From Candidatus Kuenenia stuttgartensis (GTDB lineage: Bacteria; Planctomycetota; Brocadiia; Brocadiales; Brocadiaceae), in NCBI RefSeq assembly GCF_900232105.1, contig NZ_LT934425.1, positions 510,001-542,000 on the forward strand: a stretch of 32,000 nt of DNA, read 5' to 3'. The notes under the pieces are model-generated. The model was not told the DNA's origin. It saw nothing but the letters and a program-made list of their open reading frames with translations, and did no database searches. This document shows, piece by piece, positions 1-8,851 of the stretch (positions are counted from its first letter, which is position 1; each line of letters begins with the position of its first letter). The translations under genes and the position numbers were made by a program.

Positions 1-11
1 GATTAAGCGAA

Positions 12-467
12 TTAAACTGCTGAATCCTTTTTTGTATTCATTTTATTCATGATTTCATCCAGTGTCTCTTTCACACTCTTTCTCTTCGGCATCTTGTACT
101 TGGATCCTTTGTACCTGCTGCCTTTCAGGTGATTCATGAAGTTGTTAATCATTATTGAGATACGCTTGCATTGTTCAATGAGGGGTTTTAATTCATTCTG
201 GTCAATATAGTTCTGATCTCCTGCTATATACAACTGGCATCGTACCTCACCACAAGAACCTTTAGCAATTGATAAAAACTGTATGAATTCCTGGTTGCCG
301 CCCCTTTCATAGCCTTCGGCTATGTTAGACATGATGGAGACAGATGCACGCCGGATCTGGTCTCTGAGGCCGTAGTCTTTTGAGAAGGTACCGTCTTTTG
401 TAATCCCGTAAATCTTGTTTGTTAGTTCTCTTGCTGACTTCCAAACTTCAAGGTCTTCGAAGTACAT
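12..467 (-). CDS. four helix bundle protein (S23/23S rRNA intervening-sequence-protein-like)
   Basis: MYFEDLEVWKSARELTNKIYGITK...FGLRDQIRRASVSIMSNIAEGYERG-type signature; ATG at 467 preceded by an AAGGAGG RBS on the minus strand. Confidence 0.9.
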   Translation of the reverse strand: MYFEDLEVWKSARELTNKIYGITKDGTFSKDYGLRDQIRRASVSIMSNIAEGYERGGNQEFIQFLSIAKGSCGEVRCQLYIAGDQNYIDQNELKPLIEQCKRISIMINNFMNHLKGSRYKGSKYKMPKRKSVKETLDEIMNKMNTKKDSAV

Positions 468-489
468 GTCTGCCTCCTTTTAGAAAATT

Positions 490-600
490 AAGCCGGTTAA
501 AAATGGTTTAAGCAGTTTAAGCAGTTTAAACCGCTTAGACCGTTCAATCCGATTAAACAGTTTGAGCTGTTCAAGCTGTTTGAATGGTTTCCACAGTTTG
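490..600. repeat. third cluster of degenerate 9-bp repeats spanning the cas6 stop codon and intergenic region
   Basis: ttaagccggttaaaaatggtttaagcagtttaagcagtttaaaccgcttagaccgttcaatccgattaaacagtttgagctgttcaagctgtttgaa has the same 9-nt periodicity. Confidence 0.75.
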
Positions 601-1548
601 AACCACTTCCACATACCCACACCCCATGCTATTATTTTGCCCAAAGCCGCATTCCAGACCGATCCTGATTAATTCTTTTGGGCCGGTTACGGTAAAGGGC
701 TGTAATGTCCCTTTTATATGGATGGGATTCACACTGCCGTCCAATCCCTTCTTGAAGACGGTAAACTGTTTCACAGACTTCCCTTTTGTTTCAAGAAAAC
801 AAAATTTCAGAGTTTCTCCCTGATACGGTTTACCAAAGAGGGTCTCGTACTTATGCATAAGGTTTTGATTCAAGAGTTCTTCGTATCCGTTATCACCCGG
901 GAACAAATAAATATCCTGCTGACCCGGAGGCATGGGTTTTTTAATGAAGAGGGGAGATTCTAAGGGTTTTAATGATAAACCGTTTAAACCGTTTAAGCCG
1001 TTTAAGCCGTTTAAGCCGTTTAAGCCGTTTAAGCCGTTTAAGCCGTTTGAACTGTTTACGCTGTTTGAACTGCTTGAACCCGTTGTTGTCTCCAACGGAT
1101 CCGTCAGGGTTTCTACCCGACATACGCTGAATGTTTGTTTGCCAAGCCGCACCTCCTGGCCCTCTCCGAATATACCCTCTATCAAGTGTTGAATGAATTT
1201 ATCTACGGGTGATGCAATCTGAAAGGAAAGGGTGAAGGGGGAAAGATGAGAGGATTTAAAGGAGAAACCGTTTAAGCCGTTCAAGCCGAGAAAACGGTTT
1301 AAACCGTTTAAACCGTTTAAGCGGTTTGAACGGATGATTTTGATAGGACAGTAGAATGATATACCTGAAAAGACAAAGAGCTTAAACCGCTTGTCTTTTT
1401 TATAGGCGAAGCCCTGCTGATGAAGCCATTGGGCATAGTCAGGGTTTGACATGGACAGGAAACTATAGATGATGGCCTGTATCTGGTGTTGATAGTTGAA
1501 GTCGATGATGCCGGATTTATCTGCCGTGAAGGTTATTTTTATCCTCAT
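571..1548 (-). CDS. cas6: CRISPR-associated endoribonuclease Cas6, with repeat-encoded (GLN)n insertions
   Basis: N-terminus MRIKITFTADKSGIIDFNYQHQIQAIIYSFL; C-terminal glycine-rich loop GLECGFGQNNSMGCGYVEVV typical of Cas6. The start is set at the internal Met (1548) rather than at the 1614 ORF start. Confidence 0.85.
   Translation of the reverse strand: MRIKITFTADKSGIIDFNYQHQIQAIIYSFLSMSNPDYAQWLHQQGFAYKKDKRFKLFVFSGISFYCPIKIIRSNRLNGLNGLNRFLGLNGLNGFSFKSSHLSPFTLSFQIASPVDKFIQHLIEGIFGEGQEVRLGKQTFSVCRVETLTDPLETTTGSSSSNSVNSSNGLNGLNGLNGLNGLNGLNGLNGLSLKPLESPLFIKKPMPPGQQDIYLFPGDNGYEELLNQNLMHKYETLFGKPYQGETLKFCFLETKGKSVKQFTVFKKGLDGSVNPIHIKGTLQPFTVTGPKELIRIGLECGFGQNNSMGCGYVEVVQTVETIQTA
980..1078. repeat. 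9-bp tandem repeat (ccgtttaag)n inside cas6
   Basis: Eleven consecutive 9-mers: ccgtttaaa, 6x ccgtttaag, ccgtttgaa, then degenerate ctgtttacg/ctgtttgaa/ctgcttgaa. Encodes seven GLN tripeptides on the minus strand. Confidence 0.95.
1266..1331. repeat. second cluster of degenerate 9-bp (ccgtttaaR) repeats inside cas6
   Basis: ccgtttaagccgttcaagccgagaaaacggtttaaaccgtttaaaccgtttaagcggtttgaacgg; encodes RLNGLNGLNRFLGLNGLNG. Confidence 0.85.
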
Positions 1549-1900
1549 AATTAATGACACCAAAACTTGCTCTTGGCTTGTATAGAGATTACAGGAAATA
1601 GACAGGAAAATCATTTTTCAAGGGTAGCTGGCTAAGTATAATAGCACTTTACAGGAACAAATCAATACAAAATCATGTTGCTACGTCTTAGAATAAATGC
1701 TCCAAAAATGCCCAATTAGTCTCAGAATATTTGAGTCTAATACCCAGCAAATGATTTGAAAAATCTTACCCAGCTACCCCGCCTTTTTTTTATCCTGCGT
1801 AAGTATTTCACTTGATTTTTTGTTCACGTTAAGAAAAATACATCGTTTACCCCGTTAGAAAGAAGTTCCGTCCGTAAGGCGGAGTAAAGCCTCATTAAAT

Positions 1901-1932
1901 AGTTTGGAAGGGGTTAAAACCACTTCCAAACT
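1901..1932. promoter_or_regulatory. inverted repeat (agtttggaag...cttccaaact) upstream of the transposon genes
   Basis: Perfect 10-bp arms 1901-1910 and 1923-1932, 12-nt spacer. Confidence 0.5.
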
Positions 1933-2013
1933 TCCTAACGGCGGTTTACTTCCCAGTTCCCCGTTTTCACGAGGACAAGTTTTGTAAGATTTTTCCGGAA
2001 CATAAAAAACTCA

Positions 2014-2055
2014 GGGCAGGAGGACCGAACGTTGGGAAACTTCATCCTCCTGCCC
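2014..2055. promoter_or_regulatory. inverted repeat / hairpin immediately upstream of the first transposon ORF
   Basis: Perfect 11-bp arms gggcaggagga (2014-2024) and tcctcctgccc (2045-2055). Confidence 0.55.
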
Positions 2056-2084
2056 ATTTCCCCCCTATACAAAGGAGGCAGTGC

Positions 2085-2723
2085 GTGAATATTATAGAAA
2101 AAATCCACAAGCATGAAAAGCTTATTGCGACAAAACAGAAGCCATGCTTTTGTCCAAAGTGCAAGAGTACCCATGTCAATTTCACCCTTCATGAATGCAG
2201 ATATCGGTTGTTTCACGTTATTATCGACTCCCTTGTTCATACGATAGAATCTTTCCTGGGACGTTGGAAATGTTCCTTGTGCAAGAAGACGTTTACTTCC
2301 TATCCTGAGTATGCGCTCCCTTACAAGCGGTACGTAAAGGATCACTGTCTCTCCTTCAGTCAGGCTTATGTCAAAGATGATACAGAAACCTACCGGAGTG
2401 TCTCCTCTGCCATCGGATATACTACCCGAACACAGGAAATAGACAACCGCATGCTTGCCTGGTCAACCGTTTGGAGGTGGCTGCGTTTCTTTGGCTCACT
2501 GAAATACACACTCCGCAACGCCTTTGACCTCATCAGGCAGGCCGACCCCAACTCTCCGGTTTTTCGCCAAATGTTTCCCATTTACCACGGAAAGTATAAA
2601 AGCAAACAACGAAAAACCTCCCTCGATCAATCGATTCAATTGTTCAGCGCCGAGCCGGAATATCACCGAATTTTTGGGCATTCATTTTTCCCCGAACTGG
2701 CAACAAAAAGCGGCTGGTCTTGA
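2085..2723 (+). CDS. DUF6431-like zinc-ribbon / HTH transposon accessory protein
   Basis: CFCPKCKSTHVNF...WKCSLCKKTFTSYP double CxxC zinc-ribbon; GTG start with AAAGGAGG 6 nt upstream. Confidence 0.65.
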   Translation: MNIIEKIHKHEKLIATKQKPCFCPKCKSTHVNFTLHECRYRLFHVIIDSLVHTIESFLGRWKCSLCKKTFTSYPEYALPYKRYVKDHCLSFSQAYVKDDTETYRSVSSAIGYTTRTQEIDNRMLAWSTVWRWLRFFGSLKYTLRNAFDLIRQADPNSPVFRQMFPIYHGKYKSKQRKTSLDQSIQLFSAEPEYHRIFGHSFFPELATKSGWS

Positions 2724-2761
2724 GTTACAATCACCTCCACACTTAAAAAAGGAGGTGAATT

Positions 2762-4322
2762 ATGAAATCGAAAGACGAAAAATGGGCTTTATTCTGGTGC
2801 AATCTTCTGCATCCTGTCATCTTCGGTGAGATTGAGAAGGAGCAGACCAACCTTTTTCTGAAAAAACTCTGCCTTCAGGAGGTCGTATTCCCCAACGGAA
2901 AGCGGAAAAGACCCACTATCTCTACCCTCAGGAGAAAACTCAACCGCTACCGCAAAGATGGATTTCAATCTCTTGCAAGAAAGGCGAGGAGCGACCGTGG
3001 CGCATCCAGAAGGTTTTCTCCTGAAATTATCGACAAAGCCGTTGAACTCAAAAAAGAACAACCACGCCGCAGCGACGATTGCCTCAACCGCTTTCTTGAG
3101 AAATACTATGGGAAAACGATCCCCAAATCCACCCTCTACCGCCATCTCAGACTCGCAGGGGCGACCCGGCTCAAACTCGGCGTCTCACAGCAAAAGGTGC
3201 GTATACGCTCTTAGCCGTGAGCATACCCACGACCTCTGGATTGGCGACTTCCAGGAAGGCCCTTTCGTGCTCGTTGACGGCGAGGCGCTTCCCACAAACC
3301 TCTGTCTCTTTATCGACTGCTACAGCCGTTATGTGGTCGAAGGACGGTATTATCTCAAACAAACCCTCGATATCCTTATCGATTCTCTCATCAGGGCCTG
3401 GACTATCCACGGCTCGCCCAAAGAACTCTACCTCGACAATGCCAAGGTCTACCACTCTGACGCCATGCGCTCTGCCTGTTACAACCTCGGCATTAAACTC
3501 ATCCACAGACCACCACGCGACCCTGCTCCCGGCGGACTGGTCGAACGTTTCTTCGGCACCAGCCAGACACAGTTCGAGTCGGAAGTCCGCTCCGGCGACA
3601 TTATCACCCTTGATGCCATTAACCAGGCCTTCTCCGCTTACCTTGCCGTTGTCTATCACGCAAGAATCCACTCCGAAACCAATCAATCTCCAAAACAACG
3701 CTACGACGAGGGGCTTACCGTCATCCGACACGTCGATATGGACGCCGCTCTTGCCTTCTTCATGAAACGCATCCCCAGAACCGTTGACAGAACCTTTGCC
3801 GATGTCCGCATTGATAACCGCTTTTACCGTGTTGACCCCAAACTCAGAGGCGATAAAGTAGAAGTCCGTTACGACCCATACGGCGATCTCAAAAAGGTCT
3901 TGATCTATTCCGCAAACGGTGAATACCTCGGCTCGGGAAATCTCTACCTGCGCGACCAGGGCGCTGAAACTCCAGCCGCCTCACCTTCAAAACCAAAACA
4001 TAATTACCTCGACCTTATCACTCAGAAACACAAATCCATTCTCCAGGCTCAGGCCAAAGGCATTGATTACCACCAAATCATCTCCGAACGACCCTGGCCA
4101 TTCATGGCATTCGTCCAGAAACTCGCACTCCTCATGGGACACAAAGGCTCTCTCTCCGCCTTCAGCTCTCATGAACTCGAATCGCTTAAAAAATGCTACA
4201 ACCGTATCCCCGCTCTCAACGAATCATTGCTCACGGAGGCATTCCAAAATGCCTCCGTGAAAACCTTACCCTATATCATTCGTGAATTACAAATCGCTTA
4301 CTCGAAAAAGGAGGTCTCTTAA
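2762..4322 (+). CDS. Mu/TniA-type DDE transposase, coding sequence split by an apparent +1 frameshift near 3211
   Basis: N-terminal HTH part in frame 2 (2762-3214) ends ...GVSQQKVRIRS-TAG. The catalytic part is in frame 3 (within ORF 2958-4322): REHTHDLWIGDFQEGP...FIDCYSRYVV...YLDNAKVYHSD...GGLVERFFG, with 35 residues between the second D and the E. It is followed by a Mu-C-like domain. Confidence 0.8.
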
Positions 4323-4324
4323 CC

Positions 4325-5116
4325 ATGTTTACTTCTCATTTTTCCATGACTACTCAGCCGTTCTCTGAAAGAATCAACACCAGCCTTATCATGAAAGACG
4401 AACGCTTTACCCAGGGGCTTGCACGACTCCAATACCTCTTACACTCAGGCTCTATCGCCGTCCTCTACGGACAGACGGGAGTCGGAAAATCCACACTCCT
4501 CAAACTCTTCCTCTCACAAATCCCCCAAAACCTGTTTCTCCCCATCTACCTCCATTTTACCCACCTAAAATCATCCAGCCTTCTCTCCTTAATCGTCTCC
4601 CAGCTCGGTGAAATACCAAAACACACCAAAGACCGGCTCTTCCTCCAAATTATGGATAAATCCTTGCGCTCAAATCTCACTCCCATTATCGTTATCGACG
4701 AGGCTCATCTCCTGAAAACCGACGCCATCACAGACCTCAGACTCCTTGTCAGCTCTCCGCTTGATTCTTCCACTCATCTCAAAATCATCCTCTCGGGACA
4801 GGAACACCTCAAATATATCCTCAAAAGAGACATCCATGCCGACTTCGCACAACGCATCTCGGTACATTACCACATTCATCCCCTTACTAAAACTCAAACC
4901 GCTGCATACATAGACTTCCATCTGAAATCTTCCGGCGCATCCGATAAAATCTTTGACTCAGACGTCAAAGACCTGATCCATGAGTTCTCCGCCGGCATCC
5001 CAAGGCAAATCAACGCCATTTCCACCGCCTGCCTGATTAACGCTTCCATCAGACAATCACAGAAAATTACCCAGGATATCTTCCATCAGGCTCTTGCTGA
5101 AATTCAATCTTTTTAA
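4325..5116 (+). CDS. AAA ATPase, ExeA/TniB/IstB-like transposition helper
   Basis: Walker A GQTGVGKST, Walker B PIIVIDEAH, sensor-like KIILSGQ; AAGGAGG RBS; directly follows the transposase. Confidence 0.85.
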   Translation: MFTSHFSMTTQPFSERINTSLIMKDERFTQGLARLQYLLHSGSIAVLYGQTGVGKSTLLKLFLSQIPQNLFLPIYLHFTHLKSSSLLSLIVSQLGEIPKHTKDRLFLQIMDKSLRSNLTPIIVIDEAHLLKTDAITDLRLLVSSPLDSSTHLKIILSGQEHLKYILKRDIHADFAQRISVHYHIHPLTKTQTAAYIDFHLKSSGASDKIFDSDVKDLIHEFSAGIPRQINAISTACLINASIRQSQKITQDIFHQALAEIQSF

Positions 5117-5127
5117 GGAGGTCTACC

Positions 5128-5430
5128 ATGGCCCGTCTCTTTTCCCCTCAACTCTTGCGCTCATTACGAAACGATATCCCCATCGATCGACTCATCGCTG
5201 ATGTCCTCTCCATACCTCATAAATACTCCGAAGGCTATTTCCGCTTCCTCTGCCCTCTCTGTTCTGAATTTAATTCCGCCACCAACCCAAATACGAACCT
5301 CGCCAGGTGTTTCCGTTGTAAAAAAAACTTTAATACCATCGACATCGTCATGGTAGATTCCAACTCCTCTTTCCCAGATGCTGTCTATCTGCTAAAATCC
5401 GTTTTACCTCAATATATTAATTCCACTTAA
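5128..5430 (+). CDS. small CHC2 (DnaG-primase-type) zinc-finger protein
   Basis: FLCPLCSEFNSATNPNTNLARCFRCKKNFNTIDIVM matches the CHC2 finger pattern; AAGGAGG RBS, 11 nt after the ATPase stop. Confidence 0.75.
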   Translation: MARLFSPQLLRSLRNDIPIDRLIADVLSIPHKYSEGYFRFLCPLCSEFNSATNPNTNLARCFRCKKNFNTIDIVMVDSNSSFPDAVYLLKSVLPQYINST

Positions 5431-5856
5431 TCTGAGAATTCCAGGTTCATTTATTGTGGGGCTTAGCATCATGTAAACGAAAACACCTCTATATCTATTC
5501 TTAAAGGTCTTGCTATAAGGCATAATCTATCTCTTCCACAACCTTGTAGTAAGACAAAAGATCAGCCTCTATAGGTGCACTACCGATTTTTTGTAACTCT
5601 TTACACCAGACTGTCGGCAGACTGGTACTGTATTACAAGTATCCTGCTTGTGATATTTTTAGCTCAAGCTGGAAGTTTGAGTTACTATTCCCCCCTACTT
5701 GCTTTTTTACAAAAAACCGGGAATGCATCCGTTTTAACTATTGGGAACTTACGACCCCTGATTGCTCAGACCACGCTCCCTTGAACTGCCGGGATGAACA
5801 GATAATTCCCAGGACGGGACTTTTACCCGTATGAATAAACAAATGTTACTACGTAC

Positions 5857-5897
5857 GGACACTTCCCATATTAATTTTTGAAATAAGGGAAGTGTCC
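5857..5897. promoter_or_regulatory. inverted repeat upstream of parA
   Basis: Perfect 11-bp arms ggacacttccc (5857-5867) and gggaagtgtcc (5887-5897). Confidence 0.5.
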
Positions 5898-6068
5898 TTC
5901 TATTCTCAAAAAGAGGGAAAATATTGTTGGCAACGGCTACAAGATGGTATTATGATGACGTATAGAGGGAACTTATGAATCGTCCATTTGAAATATTGAC
6001 AGACAATACACCGTCGTTGCCATTATTACGTTTATAGACATCTTAAACAACATACATGAGGGTTTGTT

Positions 6069-7091
6069 ATGGGAAAAGTTATCTCTTTTATTAATTACAA
6101 AGGCGGCGTAGGCAAAACTACCACCACCTACCATATCGGATGCGCCCTTGCAATGTACCACAACAAAAAAGTGTTGCTTATCGATGTAGATCCTCAAACC
6201 AACCTGACCTTTTTATGTGCTACGCCTGAAAGATGGGAGGTATTTAAAAACAATAAAGGAACCATCGCAAAACTCTTTGAATCGTATCTGAAGGATAGTT
6301 TTGATATCTGTCAAACTGAACATATTATATGGAAATCACCTGTTGAATTATCTGCAAAGGGCAAAATCGAAAAGGATGTGGTGAGAAATCTTGACCTGAT
6401 TCCCTCTGATATTGATTTACTGGGAATCGATATTGAATTGGCCTCAAAAACATGGCGGAAGATAGAGTCTGGTTTTTATCAGGAACAACTTCAAATCTTC
6501 AGGCGAACAATCAAGGGTTTAAAAGACTTGTTTCGCATAGATACTTCTGGTGATATACGAGATGCACTTTTTTATATAGAACAGCGCCATGTACTGGAAA
6601 ATGCCCTTCACAGGATAAAAAACAACTATGATTATATCCTCATTGATTGCCCCCCAAACCTCTATCTGGCAACTCAAAATGCACTTGCCGCAAGCGATTT
6701 CTATATCATTGCAACAATACCGGACCATATGTCAACCATAGGGATAAATATGCTCCTCCAGAAAATCGGGGAATTACATACTACACTGAACCGTAAATGT
6801 CTTTTGACGAACACGGAATCACATGATATAAAGCATAAAGGGGTCGTATTCACCATGGTACGTACCGCCGGACAGGGTATTGTAAGTACCCATAAGGATA
6901 AAATAAACGACTTGCGTACAACTTATGGCTCATTATGTTTTGAAAACTATGTTTCATGGGGTACCGGCTATACCGAATCCTCTGCGCTGGCGGTTCCTGT
7001 GTTTTTAATGGATGAGGAAAATGCAAGGCGAGTGGCGTCACAATATAAAGGGGTTACAAAAGAATTTCTGGAGAAAGTGAGCGGCGATTAA
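6069..7091 (+). CDS. parA: ParA family ATPase (AAA_31/CbiA-like)
   Basis: MGKVISFINYKGGVGKTTTTYHIG deviant Walker A; LLIDVDPQTNLT; YDYILIDCPPNL. Confidence 0.9.
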   Translation: MGKVISFINYKGGVGKTTTTYHIGCALAMYHNKKVLLIDVDPQTNLTFLCATPERWEVFKNNKGTIAKLFESYLKDSFDICQTEHIIWKSPVELSAKGKIEKDVVRNLDLIPSDIDLLGIDIELASKTWRKIESGFYQEQLQIFRRTIKGLKDLFRIDTSGDIRDALFYIEQRHVLENALHRIKNNYDYILIDCPPNLYLATQNALAASDFYIIATIPDHMSTIGINMLLQKIGELHTTLNRKCLLTNTESHDIKHKGVVFTMVRTAGQGIVSTHKDKINDLRTTYGSLCFENYVSWGTGYTESSALAVPVFLMDEENARRVASQYKGVTKEFLEKVSGD

Positions 7092-7092
7092 C

Positions 7093-7611
7093 ATGGCAAA
7101 GAAGACAGGAAAGACCGGTCTGGCAGATACTTTAACAAAGGCAAAAGAATGTTTGTCATTACTCCCGGACAAGGATGAATGGCAAAGAATATTGCAAATC
7201 ATCCAGGAGATAACACAAGAACTTGAGGTATTGCGGGAAAGCATTGGGCGTTTTCCCGATAAATCGGAATCTCTCCATGTGTCCAACTCCATCCATTCAT
7301 TGGTATCATTTTTTGACACACTGAAAGAAAACCCCCTCCTTGCCGAAATGATCTTTCCCAAGAAGGCCAAATCCAGGAAAACCAAAAGCAGTCCCATTGA
7401 TGTTAACGCTTTACAACAGCATTTAGAAGGTATTCCCACGGAAAAAATCCTTGAAGAACTAACAAAATATAAAAAGGACATCCTTATTGAGTTATCAGCA
7501 AAGATGAACATAACAGCAAATAAGAAATTGACAAAAGATGCCCTAGCAGACAGGCTCTTTAAACTTGGATTTGCAAATAAGAGAGGCTATGAATTGCTGC
7601 GCAAAGCTTAA
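7093..7611 (+). CDS. hypothetical protein partner of ParA, helical, with a C-terminal SAP/Rho-N-like segment
   Basis: Starts 1 nt after the parA stop; C-terminus KKLTKDALADRLFKLGFANKRGYELLRKA. No ParB motifs seen. Confidence 0.6.
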   Translation: MAKKTGKTGLADTLTKAKECLSLLPDKDEWQRILQIIQEITQELEVLRESIGRFPDKSESLHVSNSIHSLVSFFDTLKENPLLAEMIFPKKAKSRKTKSSPIDVNALQQHLEGIPTEKILEELTKYKKDILIELSAKMNITANKKLTKDALADRLFKLGFANKRGYELLRKA

Positions 7612-7669
7612 AACTAAAATGTTACGATTTGTTTGACTATAATAATTTTTACAAAGATGGATATTAATT

Positions 7670-8851
7670 ATGCCGAGCAAGGAAATTATCCGAAGCATTC
7701 TTTCGCATGCCAGGGATGCACAGGGTTATATCGTAAAGATGAGAAGGGATTTTCACAAGTACCCTGAATTGAGTTTTAACGAAGTCCGCACTTCTGAAGT
7801 CATTGCCGCGGAATTGAGACAATTGGGGTTCAATGTACAAACAGGTATTGGAAAAACAGGCATTGTCGCTTATTTACCAGTTGATAACGCCACACGAACA
7901 GTAGCCTTTCGTGCGGATATGGATGCCCTTCCCATTGAAGAAGAAAATGATCTGGACTATAAGTCTTCGCATGAAGGAATTTTTCATGCCTGTGGGCACG
8001 ATGCCAACATGGCAATGCTATTAGGGGCGGCAAGGATTATCGTATCTTTGAAAGACCTATTAAAACGACATGTAAGGTTTCTCTTTCAACCCGGTGAGGA
8101 ACAGCCGCCAGGGGGGGCAATTTATTTAATCGAACAAGGCGCTTTACACGGCGTGGATGAAATTTACGGGCTGCATATTGATCCTACCCTCCCCTCTTCA
8201 GTTTTTGGATTACGTTCAGGCGCTACAATGGCGTCAACAGACCGTATTATTATAACGATTCATGGTAAAGGCGGGCATTCGGCAACCCCGCATTTGTGTG
8301 TAGACCCCATTGTTATCGCTGCAGAAATAATATTAGCGATACAGACCATTGTATCAAGAAAATTAAACCCCTTATCCCCGTGTGTTATTTCCTTATGTCA
8401 GATTTCAGGAGGTACGGCATTTAATGTTATTCCGGGTCGTGTAAAAATTCTTGGCACGGCAAGAACCCTTGATGATAACGTGAGGAATGCACTACCATCA
8501 CTTTTAGAAGATACCATTAAAGGTATTACTTCGTACAATAATGCTTCCTATGAATTTGAATATCTTGGGGGGTATCCTGTTTTGTATAACCATGAGGAAC
8601 AGGTCGATTTTGTGCGCGGAAGAATTAAAGAATTGTTTGGTGATGATGCGGTAAAAAATATAGATCCGATACTCGGAGGAGAGGATTTTTCTTACTATTT
8701 GGAAAAAACAAACGGCGCTTTTGTTTTTCTTGGTTCGGGGAACAGGGAGAAGGGAGCAAACCAGCCGTTGCACAGTCCTCAATTTCTGATTGATGAAGAT
8801 ATTCTTTACAAAGGCTCTGCCTTGCTGGCTTCCATTGCATGCAGTTCGTAA
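7670..8851 (+). CDS. M20 family amidohydrolase / metallopeptidase
   Basis: RRDFHKYPELSFNE, FRADMDALPIEE, FHACGHDANMAML, LFQPGEE, GGEDFSYYLEK motifs. Confidence 0.92.
   Translation: MPSKEIIRSILSHARDAQGYIVKMRRDFHKYPELSFNEVRTSEVIAAELRQLGFNVQTGIGKTGIVAYLPVDNATRTVAFRADMDALPIEEENDLDYKSSHEGIFHACGHDANMAMLLGAARIIVSLKDLLKRHVRFLFQPGEEQPPGGAIYLIEQGALHGVDEIYGLHIDPTLPSSVFGLRSGATMASTDRIIITIHGKGGHSATPHLCVDPIVIAAEIILAIQTIVSRKLNPLSPCVISLCQISGGTAFNVIPGRVKILGTARTLDDNVRNALPSLLEDTIKGITSYNNASYEFEYLGGYPVLYNHEEQVDFVRGRIKELFGDDAVKNIDPILGGEDFSYYLEKTNGAFVFLGSGNREKGANQPLHSPQFLIDEDILYKGSALLASIACSS

Larger units (their letters stand above)
2085..5430 (+). mobile_element. putative Tn/IS element: zinc-ribbon protein + D,D(35)E transposase + AAA ATPase + CHC2 zinc-finger protein (ends not defined)
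   Basis: Four co-directional, tightly spaced genes, each with a strong GGAGG RBS. The transposase and ATPase pair is recognisable. Confidence 0.8.

Noticed and set aside
980-1078. Possible CRISPR array near cas6
   Set aside because: The unit is a contiguous 9-bp tandem repeat with no spacers, and it lies within the coding sequence. It is a microsatellite, not a CRISPR array.
932-1192. Antisense ORFs encoding (FKP)n and (KRL)n over cas6
   Set aside because: These are open frames produced by the stop-free 9-bp repeat, read on other frames of a clearly coding region.
3171-3765. Overlapping ORFs 3171-3731 (minus) and 3217-3765 (plus)
   Set aside because: They overlap the transposase catalytic domain, which has clear motifs in frame 3. 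The overlapping frames are low-complexity shadow ORFs.
571-5430. Calling the locus a CRISPR-associated transposon
   Set aside because: No TniQ, Cascade subunits or CRISPR repeats are visible; cas6 is divergent from the transposon genes. Kept only as a low-to-moderate hypothesis.
5575-5784. 69-aa ORF right of the CHC2 gene
   Set aside because: No RBS or family resemblance; probably non-coding transposon end sequence.
1640-5960. Terminal inverted repeats of the four-gene transposon
   Set aside because: I compared both flanks by eye and found no convincing matching termini or TSD, so element boundaries are left undefined.
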